Shown: one piece after another, positions 54,394 to 64,000 of the stretch
Layout of the letters: every line of letters starts with the position of its first letter
Position numbering within the stretch: the stretch's first letter is position 1
Origin: Perkinsela sp. CCAP 1560/9
Taxonomy: Eukaryota > Protista > Euglenozoa: Kinetoplastea
Length of the DNA stretch: 64,000 nucleotides
NCBI GenBank assembly: GCA_965644495.1
Contig: CBFFSA010000002.1
Coordinates: 186,001-250,000 of the forward strand
Reading direction: 5' to 3'
The notes under the pieces: generated by a model
Databases searched by the model: none
What the model was told of the DNA's origin: nothing
The model's input: only the letters and a program-made list of their open reading frames with translations
Made by a program: the position numbers and the translations under genes

Positions 54394-55536
54394 TTACTTC
54401 TTTTTAAACAAATTTCGAATTCGTTTGGGCAAAGCTTTACTTTTTTGAGGATCCGTAGTGAAACCTTGCCACGGTTTCTGATCTATGGTTGAATCCGTAT
54501 AAAATTTATTTCGCTTATTTTTTTCGTTTCCTAGAATGATTTTGTTCGACACGTTCGTTTTTGTTTCCTTCGAAGATCTTTTTTGCATTTTACGTGTTTT
54601 CATAATGCGCAGTTCACGTCCATTCAGTTCCACCCCGGTCAATTTCAGAGCTTGTTTCGCACTGTCGGCCCCTCGAAAGGCCACAAACCCAAAACCCTGG
54701 CCTAGTCCCGTGTTGGAATCGCGCACAAGTCGTACATGATGTATGTCAGCGAGCCCTTGCGCCGCGAAGCAGTCGATTACGTTCTGTTCCGATGCTCTTC
54801 GCGGTAAATTTCCGACGAATATGCTCGAGTCGGATTCGAAAGCCTGCGGAGAACTACTGCAGGAATCTACGTGCAAAAGATTTCCGCCGGCAATAGTCTG
54901 ACCTTGAAGTTCGAGAGAGCGAACCACGGCGTCGGGATGAGAGAAGCACACGTAGGCAAAAATCGTTCCTGTTGGATTGTGGCGCAGAGCCGTCGCATCC
55001 CTAGAGTGAGTTCGTCGGGAATAAGCAGACTTGGCAAATGAACGCAGTCGAATAGAACGTATTTCGCCACAGAAGCGAAAGAGCCGTTGGAGAGATCTTT
55101 TCGTCGTGTTGGCAGGGAGATTGGAAACGAACGTGGTACATGAGGGATCGTCATAATGTGGAGTGTCTTTGTTTTCCGGAGGCACTTCGGAGTGCGATTC
55201 TTGTAAAATCTTGTCTTGAGACAATTTCTTTGAAGCCTTGCCCATAGATTTGCGATCGGTGCATTTATCCGCAGGCGTGTCTGACGGTATATTCTTTGCA
55301 GTCTTATCGGATTTTCGAAAAACTCTTGACTCCGAGACATCCTTATTTATTCTTTCCTCTTTTTTTACCCCTTTTTCAGAACCATTTAGAGGCAAATCTG
55401 GTAAAACGTATCCCTGCGAAGTGAAGAACGACGTAGTAAGATCATTTTGATTTCCGAACAAAGTATCGGCTAGACTTGAAGGAAGCGTTGAAGAGATCGG
55501 CTTTATTTTACGTTTTCGTTTGTGAGATTCTACCAT
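54394..55536 (-). CDS. NOP12: Two-RRM nucleolar protein NOP12/RBM34
   Basis: TFVSNLP..IRSIRLRS..AYVCF; SIFVGNLP..VRLVRD..GFGFVAF. Confidence 0.85.
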   Translation of the reverse strand: MVESHKRKRKIKPISSTLPSSLADTLFGNQNDLTTSFFTSQGYVLPDLPLNGSEKGVKKEERINKDVSESRVFRKSDKTAKNIPSDTPADKCTDRKSMGKASKKLSQDKILQESHSEVPPENKDTPHYDDPSCTTFVSNLPANTTKRSLQRLFRFCGEIRSIRLRSFAKSAYSRRTHSRDATALRHNPTGTIFAYVCFSHPDAVVRSLELQGQTIAGGNLLHVDSCSSSPQAFESDSSIFVGNLPRRASEQNVIDCFAAQGLADIHHVRLVRDSNTGLGQGFGFVAFRGADSAKQALKLTGVELNGRELRIMKTRKMQKRSSKETKTNVSNKIILGNEKNKRNKFYTDSTIDQKPWQGFTTDPQKSKALPKRIRNLFKKK

Positions 55537-55910
55537 GTCAAACGTAGAGGGAAGCGTAATAGAAAAGAAGTATTCGTATATCGAAAGATTAAGAAACTAT
55601 ATGCCAAGACGCTATCTCTTTAACTTGAATAAGCAAATATTTGCATACCACATTTGGTTGTGCAAGTGTATTTGTGTTCTCCATCAAATCAAATGTGTAA
55701 TACAATTCATACAGGTACATACCGCCCCTAACCACATCGCCCCCCAACCCCGTACCCTGCGGCGGTACCAGTCCTGTACCGCCCCTTGTACGATCTGGGC
55801 ATTTCCTTTCTGAATGGCCACACATATTGCCATCAGAAGGGGTGACAGACATCCGTTCTTGTCGGATGTGTGCGCGGATTTGTGTTGTTCTGCAGCGCAA
55901 AATATCAAGA

Positions 55911-56636
55911 CTAAAACAGTATCGGAGGATAATCACCCACGGAAACCTGGTTCAAACGAGCAAAGCATCCATAGTTCTTACCACACACAAAGTATCGATA
56001 CCCCTTGAGTTCACCATCATTTTTTCCCAAGGGTTCGTCGAGCTCCACACCTACCCACTTACTATCAGTGTCAAGATGACGAAGAGGTCCAATGTATCGA
56101 ACACTACCTAAACGATCTCCGGGAGAAACACAACAGCGATTTCCAAGAACAACAGAGTTTACCTCACTAGTGTCAGAATTTTGTTCAAGAGATTCGGAAT
56201 CTCTTGCATCGACTGAGCCTATATTTCGTCTTAGTGAATGCATTTCGGCCATCCGCGATTCCTTGTATCGACGCATGCTATTTGGACGCAGATTATAGCT
56301 CTCTTCGTCCATAGTATATTTTTCTACTAAAGATACATCAGTTAGCTCAGATACTCTGGCCTGTGCATTTTTTAGGTTATCTTGATCAATCACATGAATA
56401 GAATGTCCTTCATGTAGAGAAAAATCCCTGAAGCGAGTACCTGGAACATCCCCAAGTCTATCACAGAGCACTTCACCTCTTTCGTTATGAAGCTGTAATC
56501 GCATGGATAACACAGGCGTGCCAAAAAATCCGTGACACATATTCTGTAGCTCGCATAATGTAATTAGCCATGAGACACGCTTTTCTCTTACACACCCTGG
56601 GTGAACGTTATGCGTAAAATCCACTTTGACGTACAT
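55911..56636 (-). CDS. TBCB: Tubulin-folding cofactor B
   Basis: Ubl N-terminus, VEKYTMDEESY, CAP-Gly WVGVELDEPLGKNDG. Confidence 0.93.
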   Translation of the reverse strand: MYVKVDFTHNVHPGCVREKRVSWLITLCELQNMCHGFFGTPVLSMRLQLHNERGEVLCDRLGDVPGTRFRDFSLHEGHSIHVIDQDNLKNAQARVSELTDVSLVEKYTMDEESYNLRPNSMRRYKESRMAEMHSLRRNIGSVDARDSESLEQNSDTSEVNSVVLGNRCCVSPGDRLGSVRYIGPLRHLDTDSKWVGVELDEPLGKNDGELKGYRYFVCGKNYGCFARLNQVSVGDYPPILF

Positions 56637-56918
56637 TTGAAGAACGTAAAGGCAAATGTAATATAATAGCAAGAATACAAAGCACTCCGATATTGCGACT
56701 GGACTACATTATCGTATCTTCAAGTGTTGAAGATGTAAATATCAATGATATGTATGATAATCATACATAATAAGATACAGAGAGTAGCTCATCCTCTAAA
56801 TCAAAAATAATCTTACATCAATAGTCATCATTAAGTGTGAAAGCACACTTACTACACATCGTATCTGTGTTGTTCTTACTTTTCGGAATTGACAAGATCG
56901 TTTTGAGACATCCTTAAT

Positions 56919-57665
56919 TTATCTCAGGCTAAGCTTTGCAAGTGGATCTAAGAGTTGCTGTGTGGAAAGGGATGTATCGAGATTTAAAACTTTATTGGCG
57001 CATTGAAAGAATTCTGGAGGAGACACGAATACGTTAAAATCAAGAAGAGTGACAAATAATGCCTCAAGTTCGTTAAGTTGTTCATTGCTTATGCCCCCAA
57101 CTCCAGCAAAATTCTTGTTGTTAAGTGTGCGCAGATCATTTACTTTAGACGCTATTCGAACCGCAATAAAGAAAAGTTTGTAAACATTCATGACACTTAA
57201 ACAGGCTTGCTGAGAATCGAGTATTCGATTCACATAGATTAATGCAATCAACAGTGTAGAAGGAGAAGTATAAGTGTATTCCGCAATGCGCCACACGTAT
57301 TGAGAAAGCTTTATTTGTGGCGTGACGGAGGTTTCAAAGGGTTTCAGGGAAGCTCTTGATTCGGAGGTATCGGTTCCAGAAACGTGAGCCGAGGACTTGT
57401 GGGCTTGAAGCGTATCATAAAGCGCTTCCGTAATAGACGGTACAAGTTGCTCAAATTCAGGTAAATGCTTTCTTTGAAGAATTTCAATCTCACCTAGTTG
57501 CCTCCCTGACTGGCTGCGCACATTTGTCTCTCGTTCGTATGGAGAATGAAGAAAGAGCTCTCGTTTCGCGCGAGCATCTTCAAGAACTGGGGTAGGTACA
57601 GGAGAGTGAAGAGCTGCTTCTGGCGGCTTTAGAAAATCCAAAACACTAAAGGATGGAGATGTCAT
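56919..57665 (-). CDS. PHO80/U-type cyclin
   Basis: YVWRIAEYTYTSPS, ALIYVNR, IASKVND, FAGVGGI..LNELE. Confidence 0.88.
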   Translation of the reverse strand: MTSPSFSVLDFLKPPEAALHSPVPTPVLEDARAKRELFLHSPYERETNVRSQSGRQLGEIEILQRKHLPEFEQLVPSITEALYDTLQAHKSSAHVSGTDTSESRASLKPFETSVTPQIKLSQYVWRIAEYTYTSPSTLLIALIYVNRILDSQQACLSVMNVYKLFFIAVRIASKVNDLRTLNNKNFAGVGGISNEQLNELEALFVTLLDFNVFVSPPEFFQCANKVLNLDTSLSTQQLLDPLAKLSLR

Positions 57666-57971
57666 ATTATTCCAACGACAGCTCTTTTTTTAATCTAGCA
57701 GCGAATCTCCTCCGTGGGTGCATATCGAAAAAATATACGCCTATAAAATGCGGTGTTAAAAATAATATAGTACTGCTAAAGGTTCGAGAGTAGCGATACA
57801 TGTACATCAATATAAGCTTTGCCATAATTAGGCCAATATAATTAGGCCAATTGCTAGCGTACACGTCTGTAGCACACGAGTACTTTGTCGAGTGTAAGTT
57901 GCGTTTGTGCATAGATGAACCATCAGACGCAGCTTTCAGCGGATCTTGGATACCGTTACGTGCAAACCACG

Positions 57972-58913
57972 CTAAGTACTAGAGATATCGTCTGGTTTCA
58001 TTATATACCCATACATTGAATGTAATCGCAATGTATGAAGCAATCCTTCCCTTACTTCTCTTTGTTTAGATATAAGTTTAGGATTCATCCACTCGTGATT
58101 TATTCTAGCAAGATAAGGAATGTCGGTATCCGTCAAGAGCTCTAATGAAAGGAATCCGACTAACATGTAAGATTCCTTTACTTTACTCGAGCTCTGAGGT
58201 AATAGTGAATGTTCACTAACCTTTGATAATGTAGAATTTAGAAAAGTGCCTAAATCTTTGTCCTTATTAGACGTCGTTGAGCCATTAGATAATTTCATGC
58301 ATAGAGCAATGCGGTGAGATGTGGACGAAAGCTCGACGGTACCATTTTTAGTTTCCTTGTTTCTCGAGCGCTTGCCTTTTATCGCTAAAATTAGTTCTGA
58401 GTTTCTTTCTTTTAAACCAGAGCCACTACACCCAGCGAATACGATTTCACAAATCTGTCTTACAGACAAAGACGTGTAATAGGAAGGGGAGACGTATCCG
58501 AATACCAACGCAGGTGCGATTTCCAGAGGTGCCAAGGTACAGATTTTTCTTATTCGAGCTGCAGGAAACTGATCTACAGTGCTACACAATTTTCGATGTA
58601 AAGCGTCGTCTTCCTTGTCTCCTGCGGTGTACACCATACCACACGTATTGCAGGTCGAAACACCCAAGTTACTTTGACCAACATCCAAACACATTTGTCT
58701 TAGTTTACTATTGGTTTCTCTGTGAGTGTAAGATTTAGGCTTCGACAATGTCTTCTGTTCATTGATCGTAAGACCTTGATCGACGCAATGTGCTTCAGAA
58801 GATCGTTCCGTGCATTCGGTCAATGCGCTACATGTAAATTTTCTCTCATGATCAGTGATTGGAGCAGGCAATTGTGTGGTGGTGCGTATCCCGAAGTCAA
58901 AGAGAGTTTTCAT
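57972..58913 (-). CDS. Eco1/ESCO-like protein, divergent
   Basis: QMCLDVGQ followed by CxxCGMVY...EDDALH zinc finger; degenerate acetyltransferase C-terminus. Confidence 0.75.
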   Translation of the reverse strand: MKTLFDFGIRTTTQLPAPITDHERKFTCSALTECTERSSEAHCVDQGLTINEQKTLSKPKSYTHRETNSKLRQMCLDVGQSNLGVSTCNTCGMVYTAGDKEDDALHRKLCSTVDQFPAARIRKICTLAPLEIAPALVFGYVSPSYYTSLSVRQICEIVFAGCSGSGLKERNSELILAIKGKRSRNKETKNGTVELSSTSHRIALCMKLSNGSTTSNKDKDLGTFLNSTLSKVSEHSLLPQSSSKVKESYMLVGFLSLELLTDTDIPYLARINHEWMNPKLISKQREVREGLLHTLRLHSMYGYIMKPDDISST

Positions 58914-59046
58914 ATGAATAACAAAAGATGAGCATACTTATAAAACCGAACACATACATCGAATACTTACCACTTGTAGAACTCGTCTAATAAACGTAGA
59001 AGTAGGATGATATTAAGAATTGTGATAACTAGTGATAGGGGAGTTT

Positions 59047-59682
59047 TTACACAATTCCTTCCATTTTTAATGATTCCTTGTAGCGCGTAAGGGATGAAAT
59101 ATGGTCAGCACGATGAACTAAGTCAAGCTGGATTTGTCTTAGAGATTTATTGATCTCACTAGTTCGTGCAGGAAACTGAATGCCATTTATGGCTGTAGGA
59201 ATATCTATGCACGAAACCTTTGGAAGGGTAGTGATTTTTGCGAATTCATTAGAAAGGTTTTGACCTTCTGTATCAATCGCATTTCGATTTTTTTGAAAGC
59301 CCGAAAGAGAAGTGCGAACATGATTTACACGGGAGGATTCTGATTGATCACTATTCATACACAAACTATTTCTCACAGGAATCTGTGAGCAATATGAATA
59401 CGAATAATTGCACAAATTCCCCTGTATGATATGTCTTATCCGGCGATGATATGGCGGAAAAGCATTAGACTTGCGCACAAAGTCGCATACACGCACGTAA
59501 TCTGTGCCATTCGACAGATGTCCCACATTTGAGATAAAACCAACACCTTTTATTGAACTCCGTGTAGTTGAGGAAGAAGCCGCTGCTGTTATTTGTTTTT
59601 GTGCATCAAACTTGCATACATCTCCAAGTTTGATTTCAGAACCCTTTCCAGTTTTCGCTTGCTTACGAGGCCTACCAGACAT
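59047..59682 (-). CDS. Hypothetical protein
   Basis: ORF from first ATG 59682. Confidence 0.6.
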   Translation of the reverse strand: MSGRPRKQAKTGKGSEIKLGDVCKFDAQKQITAAASSSTTRSSIKGVGFISNVGHLSNGTDYVRVCDFVRKSNAFPPYHRRIRHIIQGNLCNYSYSYCSQIPVRNSLCMNSDQSESSRVNHVRTSLSGFQKNRNAIDTEGQNLSNEFAKITTLPKVSCIDIPTAINGIQFPARTSEINKSLRQIQLDLVHRADHISSLTRYKESLKMEGIV

Positions 59683-59976
59683 CCACAATAAAGACCTTCT
59701 ATGGAAAAGTATGATGTGTCGAAAGCATTCGTATAGTATGAAATCGTCTCCCCTTGCATTGTCCTGTTTTGGTAAAAACAACGCTGATGATAATCAACGT
59801 TGATAATAAACAACGCTGATAATAAACAATATACAATGTACAATGAGTCAAAAAATTGTGTCGCTCCGCAGCAGGATTCACTTCCCTAAAACGACGACAT
59901 AACCTTGACTCTGCTGTGACAATGCTAGGATAGAGAGACCACCAATGGAGGACGGCGGGCATAAGATCGTAAGTTT

Positions 59977-60663
59977 TTACGTACTAGGATCAGCCTGATT
60001 CCTTTTCACCAAATCAAAAGCATTTACATGATACTTTACAAGTTTTACATTGTGTGGAAGCTTTTCCAGGTCTAGTACACCTTCAAGGTCATTTTTGTGG
60101 ATAAGTAGAACAGAAAGACTGCCTGGTAAATGATTAAAGGAGATACTCCCAGAAAAATGATTATGATCCAGACAGAGGTGCTTGAGGCCATGTGGCAGAC
60201 AAGTGAGGTCGAGTGAACCACCGAAGTTATTGCGCGTCAAAATCAATGAACTAAGCGCCCCATGGTACCGCAGCTCAGAAAGTGATAATGACCCACAGAA
60301 TTCATTAAAATCTAGGCGAATCTTTTTGCAAGTGAGCGGCAGAGAGGCAAGCGATATTTCCCCTTGTAATCGATTGACAGCAAGAACCAAATCTTGTACT
60401 CTAAAAGGAAGATGATTCCAAGACAGAGAACCCGAAATTCCTTTTTGAAACAGATCTATAGAAATCACGTATCCCGTTTCATCACACTGAATGCCTTCCC
60501 ATTTTGAAGCAGGGATTTCATCCTTCCATGATAAACTCGAATATGATGTGTTGCGGAAAAAGCGCCTAAGAGTTACTTCTGGAGGAAGAATGCAGCTACG
60601 AACGCGATATGGATGATGATGAATGTCCACATTCAAGAACAAAGAAATACGCGGCAGATTCAT
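59977..60663 (-). CDS. Leucine-rich repeat protein
   Basis: KWEGIQC cap followed by LRRs. Confidence 0.88.
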   Translation of the reverse strand: MNLPRISLFLNVDIHHHPYRVRSCILPPEVTLRRFFRNTSYSSLSWKDEIPASKWEGIQCDETGYVISIDLFQKGISGSLSWNHLPFRVQDLVLAVNRLQGEISLASLPLTCKKIRLDFNEFCGSLSLSELRYHGALSSLILTRNNFGGSLDLTCLPHGLKHLCLDHNHFSGSISFNHLPGSLSVLLIHKNDLEGVLDLEKLPHNVKLVKYHVNAFDLVKRNQADPST

Positions 60664-61215
60664 TGATTTATTTGCTGCCTAATACTGTACTGTAGATGTT
60701 TCGAATAAATAAATACCAATTAAATGGGAATGCAAATTTCTGATTCAAAAACTTAATTTTGAAATGTAATATAGAATTTTAAGAATGTAGTATCACATAA
60801 TAATAATTCCCACTATCGATTTCTATTCAGTTCTATTCACAAGTCTTAGTATTATTTATATCTCATAACCATATTTGCATAAATAAAAACATTTATGATC
60901 CGGATAATCTTATGAAATAGCCAAACTTACGACTGGGGATTACGTTCGCCTTTCCATGTCCCATTCAAAAATTATAGTCGCGGATAAACCAAACAAGAAA
61001 TACATGTATAATGTACTACACATTAAGAATGAGTTTCATCTTATTCGTAATTACAACTAAAACTATATACACAATTCGACTTTTATATACACAATTCGAA
61101 TTACTAACGTAAAGTTTACGAATTTATGATCTGGTGCCCACAGCCTAATGGAATCTCGGTGATTTAGGTTGAGGATGTATATCATGAAAAACTTTTAACG
61201 GATTGAAAAAAACAA

Positions 61216-62133
61216 TCACTGTAACAGTTGATTGATTTCTTGCAGCTCAAATTCAGAGAGAGGTGTGACAGAACGTGCTACCACCAAATCTTCGTCCATG
61301 TGCTTTTCTGAAGTAGTGCCGTCCAATGGAGTGATACCAAGATCTAGAACAAAGCGGTACAATGCTTGTTCAACTGTGATACCACGCTTTTGAGCAAGAT
61401 CTTTTAACTCTGTACTTTGAAGAAGATGTGGGTTAGCCGTCAGGGTCCAGAATGATTGATAAACTACTCCATTTTCTTGACAGAAACTTCGTATTTCCTT
61501 GTCGTATCCGGATTGATGGTAAAAACGATTCTGAACAACGGAGGGTTTGACACGAGCATGACTATAAAGCCAACGCAAGTTTTTCAGGCTATACTCATTG
61601 CTAATTCCAAGGCTACGTACGTGTCCTTTAGAAACCTCTTCTTCCATCGCTCGCCACGCACTTATTGTGTCTTGCGGATCAGAATATGGTGAGTGAAGCA
61701 CAAGGCTATCTATGTACATTGTTTGTAGATTCTTTAAGGATGTTTGCACGGAGGAAGACACTTGAGTAGCAATGGAAGATAGCGGGTCGTAGGGAATATT
61801 ACTCGGATCTTGTGCAGAAATTGGAGAAAATTTCGTTTGGAGGAAAAGGTCTTCACGTCGCAGATCGGGATTTTCGTGATAGGCCTTGATGATTCCTATG
61901 CCGACGAGATCCTCCCGATAGTGCCGCGGTTGACAGGCAGTATCGATACCACGAAAACCATGCTTCAAGGCGGAAGCCACAAGATCCGCGGTGCGTTGTT
62001 TTTTCCAAGCTGTCCCATACAGAATCTTAGGGAGTGCGCGTAAAGCGGCTTGTGCAGGAAAGTCTGCAGTGCTTCCGCAAGTCATTGTAAAGGCGAGCAA
62101 AACTACTCGACACAAGATAGATTTCAGAAACAT
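61216..62133 (-). CDS. Aldo-keto reductase
   Basis: YGTAWK, IDTACQ..Y, LQTKF, LVLHSP, LGISN, QNRF. Confidence 0.92.
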   Translation of the reverse strand: MFLKSILCRVVLLAFTMTCGSTADFPAQAALRALPKILYGTAWKKQRTADLVASALKHGFRGIDTACQPRHYREDLVGIGIIKAYHENPDLRREDLFLQTKFSPISAQDPSNIPYDPLSSIATQVSSSVQTSLKNLQTMYIDSLVLHSPYSDPQDTISAWRAMEEEVSKGHVRSLGISNEYSLKNLRWLYSHARVKPSVVQNRFYHQSGYDKEIRSFCQENGVVYQSFWTLTANPHLLQSTELKDLAQKRGITVEQALYRFVLDLGITPLDGTTSEKHMDEDLVVARSVTPLSEFELQEINQLLQ

Positions 62134-62292
62134 TGAAAAAAATTATGTTACATCTGAAAGTATAGTAGTAAGTCTAGTAACGTGCGACGCACACTAAGAA
62201 ATAAACTAAAGCACATTTAGTGGGGCACTATGGAGGAGGAACAACGTCACAATCGGAGATGTGGATAAAAGAATTGAAGCGAAACTAAAATA

Positions 62293-62512
62293 CTGTGTCC
62301 CCCAATTATTTGTCACCTGTTCTTCGAAAAAAGGACAAAGTGGGGGGGTTAGGCTATGAAAATTAAGTGGGGGGTCAAAATATTTTTATACTTCGAAATA
62401 TTTGTTTACGAATGGAAGACCACGAGGAGGTCTTCCCCAATTTTGGGTTGCGCGCAGAGGCAAGACAAATAAGTAAGGGGGCTTGCTATGACAAATAAGT
62501 GGGGGGACACAG
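62293..62512. mobile_element. TA-flanked MITE
   Basis: TA|CTGTGTCCCCCAATTATTTGTCA ... TGACAAATAAGTGGGGGGACACAG|TA. Confidence 0.85.
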
Positions 62513-62547
62513 TACGTTATTCTATAATTTAAACGACATCTCTGATT

Positions 62548-64000
62548 TTACTCTATGGGCTCACGATGCTCAGAAAAGAATCTCACTGCGCAAAGCCACT
62601 GCCACGTAGTTACAGTAACGCCCTTCATATAGATAGCGGGCTTCTCGTGCTCCAGCGCTGCACGATTAGGGATAGTTTTCGAAAACTCCCTCTTCCCATT
62701 TTTTTGTGATGATTTCTGTAACATGGAGAAAACAACCCATTCAGGAGAAGGATGAATACGACTAACCCCGCTATCAGGATGAATGTATAATGCTTCCTTA
62801 ACGGGAGAAAAATCGTTTCGTACGAAAAGCGGAAGTACGTGAACATACGCCACATATCTAGTGCGACCGGTGGATACACAACGAACGTGAAGTTCCTCAC
62901 ACTCCATAGAAGTAGCTCGTCGAGCCACACAATCCAAAAGACCCCGGCAAACAATTTGTCGAAACGTAATTTCTTCGTCCTTTGAAAGAAAACCTCTAGG
63001 ATGCGTTATTCGGTGACGTGAGCTCATCAGCTGGCGTTCCTCCTTGCGATCTGTCACTGCACTAGACATAGACATTTCTTGTCTTTCATCATGTGAATTT
63101 TCGCGACTGCACAAGGGCACCGTTGTACCAAATAGTTTTCTGTGCTTCTTAAGCTGTATGCTAAGGAGAAGAGATTCTCGTATGGTGTTCTGAATAATAT
63201 TGTGCTTCTTGCAAAATAATTTTCGGTTTTTGGCCTTACGATAGTATTCCAAACAATTCGCCGCAGTTAACATATCGCTTCCTGGATGCAAGAATCGGTT
63301 CTTTGTTTTCTCTGTCGCTTTTGATGGTTCCTCTTTATTAGTTTCTGCGAAACCTTGATCGGAAAAAGAACGAGGTGCGGTCTTTTTACCTTCCACTTTT
63401 TGTTTACAATAACTTTCACGATCGAAGAGATCGACAGCAGTCGAGCACACACTCACGGCATCTACCAGGTAGGATTGTACTATAGGAGGCATTGATCGAG
63501 CGGACAATAACATTATAGCAAACCTAGGGGCAATCGGAATCTCGAGCAACTCTTCACCTAGAGTAGTAATCTGAATTCCTAGACCGCTATCGCTTGTTCC
63601 CATTTTACGCTCGACGGCTCCCGTAATTTGTAACGATTGAATCGCACACTGTATATCCTCAACACGGGGTTCCGTTGGAAAAGGAAATGTGTCGGTCCGA
63701 ACGCCCAACTTTGTCAGGAGTAGAATAGGATGCTCTAATGGGGTTCGAGTAATTTCAGGAATCTGTTGCGGGGACATGCATGACATCGTTCCCGTACTAT
63801 AAAGTCGATAACAGTGTCCAGGAGCAACACGTCCCGCTCTGCCCGCACGTTGAGTTGCAGAACTTTGACTGATCTGGGTAGTGTGATATTTATAAATATG
63901 ATCATCTGCATTGTATAATCTTTCTTTAACGAAACCTGTGTCTACAACATATCGTACAAATGGAACGGTGAGCGAAATTTCCGCAACATTTGTTGCGACG
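62548..64000 (-). CDS. DEAH-box RNA helicase, DHR1/DHX37-like (5' part outside window)
   Basis: Frame is open upstream of 63786: VATNVAEISLT, QRAGRAGR..PGHCYRLYS, FPFPT, HA2/OB-like tail. Confidence 0.85.
   Translation of the reverse strand, partial: VATNVAEISLTVPFVRYVVDTGFVKERLYNADDHIYKYHTTQISQSSATQRAGRAGRVAPGHCYRLYSTGTMSCMSPQQIPEITRTPLEHPILLLTKLGVRTDTFPFPTEPRVEDIQCAIQSLQITGAVERKMGTSDSGLGIQITTLGEELLEIPIAPRFAIMLLSARSMPPIVQSYLVDAVSVCSTAVDLFDRESYCKQKVEGKKTAPRSFSDQGFAETNKEEPSKATEKTKNRFLHPGSDMLTAANCLEYYRKAKNRKLFCKKHNIIQNTIRESLLLSIQLKKHRKLFGTTVPLCSRENSHDERQEMSMSSAVTDRKEERQLMSSRHRITHPRGFLSKDEEITFRQIVCRGLLDCVARRATSMECEELHVRCVSTGRTRYVAYVHVLPLFVRNDFSPVKEALYIHPDSGVSRIHPSPEWVVFSMLQKSSQKNGKREFSKTIPNRAALEHEKPAIYMKGVTVTTWQWLCAVRFFSEHREPIE

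Overview
Eukaryotic, intron-less, gene-dense DNA. About 35 protein genes, all on the minus strand head-to-tail, with pyrimidine tracts/AG upstream of the start codons I checked. This is the layout of a kinetoplastid polycistronic unit. The compactness, LRR expansion and DNA transposons suggest a Perkinsela-like lineage (inference). Recognisable genes: KRR1, VAMP7, LeuRS, H2A.Z, CDC27, HIP/ST13, RPN9, PPAN/SSF1, eIF3d, COX17, MRT4, HEATR6-like, RPL10A, an MRB1590-like ABC-class ATPase, RPLP0, a SET protein, beta-adaptin, RPS9, NOP12, TBCB, a PHO80-type cyclin, an Eco1-like protein, an aldo-keto reductase, a DHR1-like helicase and three LRR paralogues. Intergenic DNA holds many cut-and-paste transposon relics: a full-length Merlin copy with TSD and a quadruplicated right TIR, TA-flanked MITEs, a piggyBac-like element, hAT-like ends, and Pif1 and Tc1 fragments. 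Two things are not explained by this annotation. (1) About 1-kb GC-rich islands near 16.5, 31.3 and 46.1 kb (weaker near 22.3 kb) in which the + strand flips from C-rich to G-rich inside coding sequence; these are candidate replication origins or other bidirectional initiation sites. (2) A ~320-bp non-coding dispersed repeat with a tRNA-like 3' module, present twice. All identities come from by-eye motif recognition; no searches were run.
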